From: Promethearchaeota archaeon
Lineage (GTDB): Archaea > Asgardarchaeota > Lokiarchaeia > Sigyniarchaeales > SOKP01
NCBI GenBank assembly: GCA_030599585.1
Contig: JAUVNS010000016.1
Coordinates: 1 to 64,000 of the forward strand
Direction: 5' to 3'
DNA length: 64,000 nucleotides
Of this stretch, positions 50,734 to 60,114 are shown in pieces. A program made the translations under genes and the position numbers. How positions within the stretch are numbered: the first letter of the stretch is position 1; every line of letters begins with the position of its first letter. Under the pieces are notes generated by a model. It saw only the letters and a program-made list of their open reading frames with translations, did no database searches and was not told the origin of the DNA.

Positions 50734-51438
50734 TTGGATACCTTTGACATAGCTTCCTTACTAAATTTGCTAAAAGAATGTAGAATCGTTTCGATCTCGG
50801 GAGAATCAGGCACCGGAAAAACTACCTTAGCTTTACAGTTGGTCGCTTCTGCGTTAACTCAAAAGGGCGGGAGCGAGAACCAAGCTTTATGGGTCCAAGC
50901 CAGCGAACAATTTCCTAAAAAACGTCTTCAAGTACTTTTTAAAAATTCTCACGATAGCTATAAAGCCCTCCTAAAAAGAATTTTTGTACATCCAGGAACG
51001 AATCCTTTTTTGGATTATCAAACCCAATCTATCTTTTTTGCGAACTTAATATCTGTAATTTTACCGTTTAACACTAAATACATCGTAATTGATAACATAT
51101 CCCACTACCTAAGGTTTGCTGCTTCGTGTTGCTCCGATGTAAAGCAAAAGATGGCGCTCTTAGACGCTTTTTTTAGCTCACAACTATTTCCTCTTATAAT
51201 GCGGTGTCTAAGGGAAGAGATCGTTCTTGTGTTAATACACGAAGTCTCTTTCGACCCTGCGCTAGGAAAAAACCAACCATTTTTTAACAAGTTATACTCG
51301 AGGATCAACAGCGTAAACGTGAGCTTGTCAAAACCGTTCGGCTCTAAAGTCAAATTGATGGAACTTGCCTCGCGGGACGAGTTAATTTCGAAAGGCGTAA
51401 GATACATGATCAAAAACAAAGGAATTTCTATAATTTAA
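50734..51438 (+). CDS. RadB/RAD51-paralog-like ATPase
   Basis: GESGTGKT, EQFPKKRL, IVIDNIS; no N-terminal HhH domain. Confidence 0.85.
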   Translation: MDTFDIASLLNLLKECRIVSISGESGTGKTTLALQLVASALTQKGGSENQALWVQASEQFPKKRLQVLFKNSHDSYKALLKRIFVHPGTNPFLDYQTQSIFFANLISVILPFNTKYIVIDNISHYLRFAASCCSDVKQKMALLDAFFSSQLFPLIMRCLREEIVLVLIHEVSFDPALGKNQPFFNKLYSRINSVNVSLSKPFGSKVKLMELASRDELISKGVRYMIKNKGISII

Positions 51439-51484
51439 GAGTAAATCGCTATATAAAGCAAAAATTTCGCCTTCTTATTTTTTC

Positions 51485-51498
51485 TTTTCCTTTAAATA
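51485..51498 (+). promoter_or_regulatory. Pyrimidine-BRE promoter
   Basis: TTTTCCTTTAAATA, 22 nt before ATG 51520 (leaderless spacing). Confidence 0.7.
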
Positions 51499-51519
51499 GT
51501 TCTACGTAGTATCTAGTGC

Positions 51520-51894
51520 ATGATCAACTCGACTAATTCTAAAATTTCTCGGGGGATTAAATGTTCCATCTGTCGATCCGGGATTAAAGACCTCAGAACA
51601 ATGTATCAATCAAGGCTAAAATTAGGAGTAATCTGTAAAACTTGTCGGAAACATTTCTCTGAAGACGATATCGAGATGATCGTGAACTTATTTTTTGCGT
51701 TTGGAGGATATTTCGGACAGTTCGATAAATCCGACTTTTCTATGGACGAAGCAATCTTCGAATTTGCAGAAAAGCTATCCGCGGGAGATTCTACTTTTCA
51801 CGCCCAGAACGTGAAGATGTGGCACAAAATACTAACTTACGGCATCACACCTAAAGAGTTTTTGGAAGAGTTGTCTGTTTTTGCTAACCAGTAA
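51520..51894 (+). CDS. Zinc-finger hypothetical protein
   Basis: CSIC...CKTC; FFAFGGYFG. Confidence 0.75.
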   Translation: MINSTNSKISRGIKCSICRSGIKDLRTMYQSRLKLGVICKTCRKHFSEDDIEMIVNLFFAFGGYFGQFDKSDFSMDEAIFEFAEKLSAGDSTFHAQNVKMWHKILTYGITPKEFLEELSVFANQ

Positions 51895-52019
51895 TTTTGA
51901 ATTAATCGTTCCTGCTTATTATGCAAAAGTTTTTCACAATATTTGATCTGATTTAAATATTTAGGTACATAATAAGTCTTAAAATTCAAAAGACGAATAA
52001 ATTACACAAAAATTAGTAT

Positions 52020-52295
52020 ATGGAAGTAAGCATTATGGATTGGGAGAAATATATTAAAGATTTTGTAACTTATACGGAACATACTAAAAGTGTATCGGTC
52101 CTTGAAATTGATGAAGGAGGAGAAATAAATAAAGTAGATGTTTTGGATGAAAAGGTTGAAGATATAGGAAAAAAATATTTTACTTGTTTATTATGCAATA
52201 AAAGGATTAAAGATTCCACAGAAAGTAGTTTATTCCAAATATTTACTGCAAAGAAGATTAAACTTCATTTTGAAAAAAATCATCTTCAAACTTAA
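52020..52295 (+). CDS. C2H2-like zinc-finger small protein (CpG-poor)
   Basis: CLLC...HFEKNH. Confidence 0.55.
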   Translation: MEVSIMDWEKYIKDFVTYTEHTKSVSVLEIDEGGEINKVDVLDEKVEDIGKKYFTCLLCNKRIKDSTESSLFQIFTAKKIKLHFEKNHLQT

Positions 52296-52315
52296 CAATT
52301 AAAAACTCTCTTTTT

Positions 52316-52328
52316 TTTTCTTTAAATA
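52316..52328 (+). promoter_or_regulatory. Pyrimidine-BRE promoter of radA
   Basis: TTTTCTTTAAATA, 35 nt before the ATG (T-run may double as the upstream terminator). Confidence 0.55.
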
Positions 52329-52363
52329 AAATCGTTTGTATACAAGTTTAATTCAAATTACAC

Positions 52364-53657
52364 ATGAGAGATGATAACAAAAAAATTATGTCAGACTTAG
52401 ACCAAGTAAAATCGATCAACGCCCGACAGATCAAACTCCTTCAAGAAAGCGGGATTAGCACGGCTGAAGCGCTTGCAATGTCCCCACACAACATCATATC
52501 AGAGATCGACGGATTAGGCGGTAAAACGGCGAAAAAATTAATTTGGAACGCGAGAAACGCCCTTGGAATGACAGAATTCACGACTGCTTACGATATCGAC
52601 GAGAATACGGAGTATATTACCACCGGTTCTTCTGAACTAAACAGGATTTTAGGCGGTGGGTTCCAAACGGGTAAACTTACCGAAGTATACGGTCCTTTCA
52701 AAAGCGGGAAGACGAATTTGGCCCATACCATTGCGGTAACCATCCAACTTCCAAAGAAAAAAGGAGGTTTGAACTCGGCTGTTGCTTACATTGACACGGA
52801 AAACACGTTTGCTAAGGAAAAAATCAAAAGAATCGCCAAGAGATTTGGACTCGATCCAAAAAAAGTACTGTCCCAAATATTTCACGCCAGAATATATTCT
52901 TCAGACCACCAGATGCAAATGATTCAGAAGGCAGAAACCCTATGCAAGACGAGGAACGTGCGACTTATCGTGGTAGATAGCTTAATGGCTTTAATGAGAG
53001 TTGAATACATAGGAATTGGAATGCTCGCTCGTCGTCAAGGAGTTCTCAACAACATGATACACGGGCTTTCTCGAATTGCAGAGACTTACAATTGCGCTAT
53101 TTTACTTACCAATCAAGTATCGACCAAAATGATGGGTATGTTTTCAGGAAACGACGCCATAGGGGGAAATAGTGACGAGATATTTCGTCAGTCACTTCTA
53201 AATAGTAGCCCATGGTTGCCACTTCCGTGTCATGTTTAAAACAAAAGGATTTTCAGCAAATAACTCTTTGAAGCGAAGAGCAGTGATAGTAGACGCGCCC
53301 GACTTACCACCAGACGAAGCTGAGTTCTATATTACAGCCGTAGGTATTGCTGACACAGAAAAAGGAGAAGTTCCGGAAGCGAAAGGGTTGGACTTCGAAG
53401 TAGAAGCGTTGTACGAGGAAGAGCAAGTTGTAGAAGAAGTGTCTATTGAAGAAAGTACCGATTCAGGAGAGTATTCATTAATAGACGTAAAAGGGATAGG
53501 AGCCGGAATGGCAAAAAACCTCATTAAAAACGGAGTTACTTCGGTTGACGCCTTGATTGAATCCGATCCCGAACAACTTGCCTCCAAAATTAGCGGTATC
53601 TCCTCTAAAATGATAAATGATTGGCAAACAAACGCGATTGCTCTTATAAACGCCTAA
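52364..53657 (+). CDS. radA: RadA recombinase with extra C-terminal HhH domain; join(52364..53170,53202..53657), 420 aa
   Basis: N-terminal HhH, ITTGS, GPFKSGKT, YIDTENTF, LIVVDSL, LARRQ, TNQV; removing 53171-53201 gives DAIGGN|IVAHGCHFRVMFK...DAPDLP and fuses the two ORF-track ORFs. Confidence 0.92.
53171..53201 (+). other. 31-nt putative bulge-helix-bulge/loop (EndA-type) mRNA intron in radA
   Basis: AGTGACGAGATATTTCGTCAGTCACTTCTAA; central helix GGAA/UUCU, bulge AU^A, inner stem GUGAC/GUCAC, 3' cut AA^A; the predicted cuts equal the frame-restoring deletion. Confidence 0.75.
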
Positions 53658-53794
53658 ATTTCTTTTTTTTTATTTTATTTTTTGCTTTTTTTTTACCTTG
53701 TGATTCAAGCTAAAAAAATAATTTTGAATTTGATGGGCTTAGAATAATTTTTGATTTTATTGAGTGGTTTAAAGAAAGAGTGTTAGAATTTGGT

Positions 53795-54019
53795 CTACCC
53801 TAATTTATCCTCTGTCATGTTGTGCGTTTTCCAGAGCTTCACGTAGTTTTTAAAAAGATCGTGCGAGAGACCAATGGAGTTAATAACACTCGTATCTTTT
53901 TTCAAAGGTAATATTTTTTTGGCCTTCTTTTTTTTAAAGGTCTGTTCCCAGTCAAAATACGATCCTGGTTTTTCCATACAAAACGAATATAAATTTGAAC
54001 TATTAAGCGGAAAGACCAT
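53795..54019 (-). CDS. Small hypothetical protein
   Basis: 74-aa ORF, ATG start. Confidence 0.45.
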   Translation of the reverse strand: MVFPLNSSNLYSFCMEKPGSYFDWEQTFKKKKAKKILPLKKDTSVINSIGLSHDLFKNYVKLWKTHNMTEDKLG

Positions 54020-54043
54020 TTTAGTTTAGAAATTTTTCCCGAT

Positions 54044-54925
54044 TTACCTTAATTGCATCAGAGGAAATATTGTCGAGGTTACGTCGGACAGGTCGGGAAT
54101 ATATCTCTTAACGAAATTCTTGACACGAAAAACGATCTTTATGGTTAAAAAGAACCACAGACAAAAATACACGGCGTAATAAAACAACACGCAAAAATTT
54201 GTTAACCAGAGGCCGTCGACTTGCGGAAGATACCGTAAAAAAATCCACGGATCGCCAAATTCTTGAAAAACGCCGTTATGCCAGTAAATTGCCTCACCAA
54301 GTATGTATCGACCGATTTGGGCGTAAATAGGAACGAACACCTCGAGTTTCATCTTTTTTTTTCTATAGATTACAATCGCTAAGATCAACCCGAAGATCGT
54401 AGATCCCAATGCTCCAGCTAGGGAAACAAAAGACCTTCTATAATCGGGGGGTAAAGAATAATATTCTACTAGTCCGCCTCCAAAGGGGTAGATAGTAATA
54501 CTGTGAACTTGACCGCCGTACGCAGCAGCGGTTATTGCGTGGCTTATCTCGTGAACAAAGGTAAAAATATATGGTAAGGAAAAATATAGAACGATTCCTA
54601 ACCAAAACCCAAGCAAACCTTTCGCGTAAAAGACGTTTTCGTAAGACCAAATTTTCTTAGATTTTATAACTTGCTTATTTTCTCCAACAAAAGTTATTGT
54701 TAATTGCTGGTTCGTCGCGTAAAAAGTTCTAATTTTGGCGTGAAGACTAATTTTGGTAGAAAGTAGTTTGAAAAAACAATAGAAGCCGAGATTTAGCCCC
54801 ACGACGCTTAAAAAGAGCGTAATCTGCGCGATTCCTAATTGGTCGTAGAATCGCGTAAGAACGCTGAGAATTAAGTTAGCAAAGGCGAAATACAAAATAA
54901 TTTTCTTTTTCTTTTTCGATACCAT
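54044..54925 (-). CDS. M50B-like membrane metalloprotease
   Basis: TFVHEISH, GGGL, VSLAG, GD; several TMs. Confidence 0.85.
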   Translation of the reverse strand: MVSKKKKKIILYFAFANLILSVLTRFYDQLGIAQITLFLSVVGLNLGFYCFFKLLSTKISLHAKIRTFYATNQQLTITFVGENKQVIKSKKIWSYENVFYAKGLLGFWLGIVLYFSLPYIFTFVHEISHAITAAAYGGQVHSITIYPFGGGLVEYYSLPPDYRRSFVSLAGALGSTIFGLILAIVIYRKKKMKLEVFVPIYAQIGRYILGEAIYWHNGVFQEFGDPWIFLRYLPQVDGLWLTNFCVLFYYAVYFCLWFFLTIKIVFRVKNFVKRYIPDLSDVTSTIFPLMQLR

Positions 54926-55002
54926 TACAAATAACGTAACTCGGATAAATTATTTAAACAAAAAAATGTAGAGCTTAAAAAAAAAAGAAGTTAAAGGTAG
55001 AA

Positions 55003-55290
55003 TTACTGAACGATTACTTGGTTCCCAGTTTGTTTCTGAGCGTTCGCTTCGTATTTTCGAATAAACCACGCTGGTTGGAAGCGGTATATGTAAAGGTTAA
55101 TAGAGCCCACTATGCTCCCCGCGATCACCAAGAATAACGAAAGCAACCCAAGGTTCAAAAAATTAAACGTGAACGCGAAAAAAGCTCCAATGGCAGCGAC
55201 AAAGCTAACTATTCCCCAAACTAAGTTAAGTTTTACCACGCTTTCTTTTGAAATAACTATTTTTTCTACTTGGTCTAAAATTATCACCAA
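55003..55290 (-). CDS. Small two-TM protein
   Basis: Hydrophobic hairpin; minus-strand TTTTCTTTTTAAA at 55310-55322. Confidence 0.65.
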   Translation of the reverse strand: MVIILDQVEKIVISKESVVKLNLVWGIVSFVAAIGAFFAFTFNFLNLGLLSLFLVIAGSIVGSINLYIYRFQPAWFIRKYEANAQKQTGNQVIVQ

Positions 55291-55494
55291 ACATTAGACT
55301 TCAGCCATGTTTAAAAAGAAAAAAGATTAAAAAAAAACTTGGAGAAGAGGTATAACTAATGCTAAGAAGTTTTTAACCGCATTTTTCTTTATTTTTCCTC
55401 CTATTTTTATTTTATAATCAGGTGAGAATTTATCTGTAGTATTCACCTTACACGATTATAACTTTATAAAGAACAAATAAAAAAAAATAAAAAT

Positions 55495-56529
55495 TTAAGG
55501 GGGTGGCAAACTGACCGAGTCTTTTCTACGCCTGAGCACTCCAAAGACTATTAAAACACATATTAACGCCCCAGAAGCGATTCCAAATCCTAGTGTCCAC
55601 TCCATCGGCATGTAGAAATATCCGCTTACCGTTTCGTTTTTTGGTGGCTCGGGCTCTGGCTCAGTTCCGTTGTTTACGGTACTAATCTGATAATCTTCTG
55701 CTATGGCGTATGCAACGTTTACCACCTCAACTTGACAACGAATTCGAATTTTTACCGTGTATATTCCTTCTATAGCGGTTCCGAAATCGAAACGCAACAC
55801 CGTTCCCACGCTTCCCATGGTTTCGTTTTGGTAGATCGTAAATTCAATCTCGCCGGGATCAGTCACGTCGTAATCTACCCTCACTTCGTTGTCAACGGTT
55901 AGCCCACCAATAGCAGAAACTCGTCCGATGTAGAACTTGTAGGACGTATCGGTTTTAAACGCTGTGTTATGCTCGACCACCATCTCGTTGGTGAACTTGT
56001 TTACTTGGTAGAGTTTCAATCGTTCCAAAAATTTGGGGGCTATTATGTCGTATAAACACTTATCTTCTGTATCGAACGATATTTTTACGTGTAAGTTCAA
56101 GTTAAGCTCACATTCAACTGAAATAATAAAGCTGTAATTGCCCTCAATCGCAGTTCCGAACGGAATTTCGAACCAATCGTCGCCTTGAGAAATGTTCACT
56201 TCCGTCTTAAACACTTCGTATACATCTAAAACCGGATCGATAATAGTGACGTTGATTTCGCTATTGTGAGGGGTTACGATCTCAAGTAAGATGTAATAAT
56301 TAATTTTTTCAAACAAGTAAAAGTCGTCGAATCGCAAAGTATCGAAAGGCGCCAAAAAGGTAAACACTTTATCTACTAGATTTTCTTCGGAACTCGTCTT
56401 TAAGTTGTTAGTTTGTTGATCTATATTTCCTAAGCCGGTGCGAGGATAAGTAGACAACGTTCCAAAAACGATTAAGCAGATAACGAGCGCAATAATTATT
56501 AATGGTTTTCTACGAGAGTTAATAACCAT
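55495..56529 (-). CDS. Surface protein with two repeated beta-rich domains and a C-terminal TM
   Basis: Signal sequence; internal repeat FGTAIEGNY / FGTAIEGIY; EPEPEPP linker; TM followed by RRRK. Confidence 0.8.
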   Translation of the reverse strand: MVINSRRKPLIIIALVICLIVFGTLSTYPRTGLGNIDQQTNNLKTSSEENLVDKVFTFLAPFDTLRFDDFYLFEKINYYILLEIVTPHNSEINVTIIDPVLDVYEVFKTEVNISQGDDWFEIPFGTAIEGNYSFIISVECELNLNLHVKISFDTEDKCLYDIIAPKFLERLKLYQVNKFTNEMVVEHNTAFKTDTSYKFYIGRVSAIGGLTVDNEVRVDYDVTDPGEIEFTIYQNETMGSVGTVLRFDFGTAIEGIYTVKIRIRCQVEVVNVAYAIAEDYQISTVNNGTEPEPEPPKNETVSGYFYMPMEWTLGFGIASGALICVLIVFGVLRRRKDSVSLPPP

Positions 56530-56836
56530 ACACCTGCAATTCTTTGAATTCAGAAACGAGAATCTTAACGTTTGAACACCTATCGAAATCGATACAAGTA
56601 AAGCACGGTTGGTCCGACCAAAAATACGCCGGCTGATTTGTCCTCTCCACGATTAAAAGCGGAAACTTACCTTTTGGGCATTCTAACGCAGAATTGCTAA
56701 TCGTCCCCCTCTTTGGAAGCGGATAGGAAGTCCCACACGCATCGCACTTTACGAACCGTTTGTAATTTTTTGTTTTGTACATCATCAAAGAGCATTGACA
56801 GGACGGACAAGTACCTATTTCTTGAATCTGTCTCAT
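56519..56836 (-). CDS. Topoisomerase-I-type C4 zinc-ribbon protein
   Basis: IGTCPSC...RFVKC..C..SYPLP...CPKG. Confidence 0.8.
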   Translation of the reverse strand: MRQIQEIGTCPSCQCSLMMYKTKNYKRFVKCDACGTSYPLPKRGTISNSALECPKGKFPLLIVERTNQPAYFWSDQPCFTCIDFDRCSNVKILVSEFKELQVYGY

Positions 56837-57276
56837 AAAATTTCATACACCTAAAATATACTTTTACCTAGTTGCACGCGTATTTACTTATAAAGAAAAA
56901 AATAAACGGTCGACAAAAATCAGAAATTAGGGAATTTTTTTTGAAGGGTTGGGATTTACTTCCTGACCTTTCTTTTTTTTTTTTTATTTATATTGAGAAT
57001 TGAAATGAAAAAAATTCTGACTATTTCTAAACCTCTTTTAACTTAAAAATTACTAAAACCTTTAAATTACTGTCGGAGGTACCACTAATATTAAAAACCT
57101 TATAATTGGGGTTTTCTTCCTTAAATTCCTTTATTTTTCTGTTTACTTTTTTTATAGTAACTTTTATTATTTTATATTCTTCTTTATCCATACTATTTTC
57201 TTCTTATTTTTTTTATTTAAAAGTAACGAAAATGGTAGGATTGTATTATGAGCTTAGAGAATGACGAGATGTAAAG

Positions 57277-57657
57277 ATGGCAGGAAACGATCATAAAGTT
57301 GATACAAAAGAATATATCGCCAATTATATCGAACAGAAGGTAAGAGATTTGCTTGAATACGACATGAACGAATACCAAACCCCCGCGTGGGTACAAGCTG
57401 CCGAATTATTTAACGAAATTGTGGTTCCTTGTGAAAGTTATTATTCAGAAGGGTTTTATACTTTAGGAATCGATATCGTGAAGAAAGCAGAAAACCACGG
57501 GTTTCAAGTAGCGTATCAAAGAATCCCTGGAACCTACAACGCGAAATTAATCTCAAAAGAAGATGATTCAGACGCTAAAATTGATAACTTCGACTACTCA
57601 AAAACTATTAATTCGATTAAAGCGTGGCTAACAAAAAATAAGGAACGGTTTTCGTAG
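57277..57657 (+). CDS. Hypothetical protein
   Basis: 126-aa ORF, ATG start. Confidence 0.7.
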   Translation: MAGNDHKVDTKEYIANYIEQKVRDLLEYDMNEYQTPAWVQAAELFNEIVVPCESYYSEGFYTLGIDIVKKAENHGFQVAYQRIPGTYNAKLISKEDDSDAKIDNFDYSKTINSIKAWLTKNKERFS

Positions 57658-57658
57658 T

Positions 57659-57672
57659 TTTTCCTTTAAATA
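57659..57672 (+). promoter_or_regulatory. Pyrimidine-BRE promoter
   Basis: TTTTCCTTTAAATA. Confidence 0.65.
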
Positions 57673-57718
57673 TATAAACTTCCCTATCTTCAATTAGTAT
57701 TGTAGGTGAACTAAAAAA

Positions 57719-57817
57719 ATGCGACGAAAGATTATAGAGAGGATTAGACGCCTTTTTAAGCGAAAAGAACCTATGAGAAGAGGTGGGCACCCTCATCCCC
57801 ACATTTACTTACCGTAA
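57719..57817 (+). CDS. 32-aa Arg-rich peptide (absent from the ORF track)
   Basis: MRRKIIERIRRLFKRKEPMRRGGHPHPHIYLP*; AGGTGA RBS 9 nt upstream; own promoter motif. Confidence 0.55.
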   Translation: MRRKIIERIRRLFKRKEPMRRGGHPHPHIYLP

Positions 57818-57973
57818 CTATTGCTTTTAGCACGTATTAGGTCGATTAAGGTCACCGTGAGTAATATATATTTTTTCCTTGGAATATAAAATCTAAAATT
57901 TTATTTTTACATCTAATTGTATTTACTTTTCATATTTTTCTTTTAAATACTCGCAACTTCTATGGCGTATATA

Positions 57974-58198
57974 ATGGTAATGTTCGATTATTTTGAAGAA
58001 TTACTAGGTGGCGTCGAGTTTTTAATAGCCTTCGGCTCGCTTATAGGCATATTAGGAATCTTAATTGGTTTAATTTTTGCCATCTGGGGCGGAAGCAGGC
58101 TTCGCTACAAAATGGTTGGAGTCATAGTTTTCTCTTTTATTTTAGTAGCAGTATGCGGGTTCGACACTGGCTTCAAATACTTCAGGATTTTTAGGTAG
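57974..58198 (+). CDS. Small two-helix hydrophobic protein, VirB2/CedA1 pilin-like topology
   Basis: Gly-rich TM1, short basic turn (SRLRYK), TM2; TTTTCTTTTAAATA at 57936-57949 favours start 57974 over 57962. Confidence 0.7.
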   Translation: MVMFDYFEELLGGVEFLIAFGSLIGILGILIGLIFAIWGGSRLRYKMVGVIVFSFILVAVCGFDTGFKYFRIFR

Positions 58199-58353
58199 GT
58201 CCAAGAGTCAGTCTATTCTCGTATTTTTTTACAAGGCGACAATTTATAAAATTGTGTTTCGTATCTTTTAGTAGGATATAACTTTTTTGTGTTAAACCTT
58301 ATTGATTGTACTTATCATGTTCAGGAGAAAAAAAGAAAAAAAAAAGAAAAAAA

Positions 58354-58725
58354 TTAATAAAAGTGGTATCCTTGAGGCGGGGGGTTGCCTCCTATCATAA
58401 ATCCTAATATGTCGAAGGAAACTCCGGTAAGAAACGCGCCGATCCACAGCAACAAAACGCCATACAATATAGTTTTTACGCTAAACCTTTTAAAAAAGAT
58501 TTTAAGAAACCCGATTACTAACACCGCCCCTCCGATAGTAAGGCATATCTCTCCTACGCTCACGAAAACAGTTTTAAAAAGCGATCCTACCATATAACGT
58601 AAGTTTGACCCGAAGAAAGGGACGACTATAGCTATGAACCCCAATATTCCTGCAAAAACTAGAAAGATACGGTTTGGCTTGCGCTGTTTGCGAAGGATGA
58701 AAATGTCGTTTTTATTTCTAGCCAT
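58354..58725 (-). CDS. Small multi-TM membrane protein
   Basis: Three hydrophobic segments; minus-strand TTTTTCTTTAAAAA at 58772-58785. Confidence 0.75.
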   Translation of the reverse strand: MARNKNDIFILRKQRKPNRIFLVFAGILGFIAIVVPFFGSNLRYMVGSLFKTVFVSVGEICLTIGGAVLVIGFLKIFFKRFSVKTILYGVLLLWIGAFLTGVSFDILGFMIGGNPPPQGYHFY

Positions 58726-58908
58726 CGATTGTTTGCTCGGTATGATTTTTACCTTACTTACAGGTCGAATCTTTTTAAAGAAAAAGTTTACAGTATTAGG
58801 AATAGCTAGTTTTGTGGCGATAGTGCTGACCGTAAGCGGAATAGTTTTTAGACCGTTTTTCTAATTATAAACTTCTTTTTTTTCAATTTTTTTCGAAGTT
58901 CAATTACC

Positions 58909-60114
58909 TTAAATTAGATTAGAAGGTAAAACTGGATTTTCGAGTAAGGAGCGAAAATTTTTGGCAGAAGGATGTTCTCCTAACGCTTCGATTATTAACC
59001 TTTTCCCGAGCGTAGCAGCAAAGCCCACCATTTTATAAGTTGGATCATCTGTTCGAACCATCATATCGTTAATTGACTTATCGGTATATACTTCAAAATC
59101 TTTGATGTATTGTATTACTTCTTTATCTTCCCAACCTTCGACAAGCTTATAATAGACAGCGTTAAACTCTATAAAATACAAGTCCTTCCTTACCATATTT
59201 TGCTGTAGCAACTCCTCGATGGACGGTTTATCTCGCTCAACACAGAATTCTTTTAACGCGATCTCTTCTTGCTCTCGATAAGAAAAAAGCGTATTTATTC
59301 CAATACCGGCGATCCCTTCACACATTATCATATTAGGTGTGTTGTAAAGTAGAATAGCGTGTTCGAACCGATTCTCTTTTCGGTATAGTTTATCTTCTGC
59401 GACCACAAACTCGGTATGGTGCCCTGGATATCCCTCGTGAGAACTCGCCCGCAAAAAACTAGTCCAATACAACTTTTTCGGATTAATTTTCACTAACGAA
59501 TAATAATTCCCGTCATACCATTCGTAGGCAGCCCAAGGTATGCTTGAATCTACAACCACTTTGATGTTTGATTCTTCGGGAAGCATTTCAGGGTACAGTT
59601 CTCGAGTTTTTTGTTCTGTTAATTTTAACCCTTTCTCGAACGCTTCTTTAACCTCTTCTTCGGGAATAGCTCGATTCTTTCTCATTTTTTCCATACGCTC
59701 TGTTAGAGTTCCTGATCCCCCGTATGCTTCGTCTGTCCGCGCCTTTAAATCGTCCAGTTTCGATTCTTTAAAAGGACGGAGTTCCATATCGGCTTGTATG
59801 CTAAAATCTTCCTCTATTGATCTTCCTTTTCTTTTTCCTAAGACATCTCTTTCGATGGTAACTTCTATCGCGTTAAGCATTTTTTCGAGGTATTCCTCGC
59901 GCTTTCCGTCGAACCCTTGATCGGTAACGCTTTTTTGCAAGGAAGCACAATCCTTAAGGAGCTGTATGGGAGAGATTTCAGATTCTTTGTTAACTTTCCC
60001 TTTAATTTCCTTCGGACCGTAGTAATAATCCTTGTATCCCTTTTGATGTTTATCAATTCGCAACCCTAATTGCAAATAATCGCGTCCAAACGGTCCGATT
60101 GTGCCTGCTGCCAT
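58909..60114 (-). CDS. DUF885-like zincin metallopeptidase
   Basis: DYYYGP; HEGYPGHHTE; EGIA. Confidence 0.85.
   Translation of the reverse strand: MAAGTIGPFGRDYLQLGLRIDKHQKGYKDYYYGPKEIKGKVNKESEISPIQLLKDCASLQKSVTDQGFDGKREEYLEKMLNAIEVTIERDVLGKRKGRSIEEDFSIQADMELRPFKESKLDDLKARTDEAYGGSGTLTERMEKMRKNRAIPEEEVKEAFEKGLKLTEQKTRELYPEMLPEESNIKVVVDSSIPWAAYEWYDGNYYSLVKINPKKLYWTSFLRASSHEGYPGHHTEFVVAEDKLYRKENRFEHAILLYNTPNMIMCEGIAGIGINTLFSYREQEEIALKEFCVERDKPSIEELLQQNMVRKDLYFIEFNAVYYKLVEGWEDKEVIQYIKDFEVYTDKSINDMMVRTDDPTYKMVGFAATLGKRLIIEALGEHPSAKNFRSLLENPVLPSNLI

Noticed and set aside
53167-53206. Transposon footprint with an AAATAGT target-site duplication
   Set aside because: Excision between the repeats removes 33 nt and leaves radA out of frame, whereas the bulge-helix cuts remove 31 nt and restore it. 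Not fully excluded as the origin of the insert.
53232-53657. Separate 141-aa HhH gene after a 291-aa radA
   Set aside because: Its N-terminus (MFK...RRAVIVDAPDLP..EAEF.IT..GI.D) is the conserved end of the RadA core, so it is exon 2.
55360-55475. Promoter-like GTTCTTTATAAA plus AGGTGA/TCACCT hairpin on the minus strand
   Set aside because: Only a 6-codon ORF follows; too little support to call a gene or sRNA.
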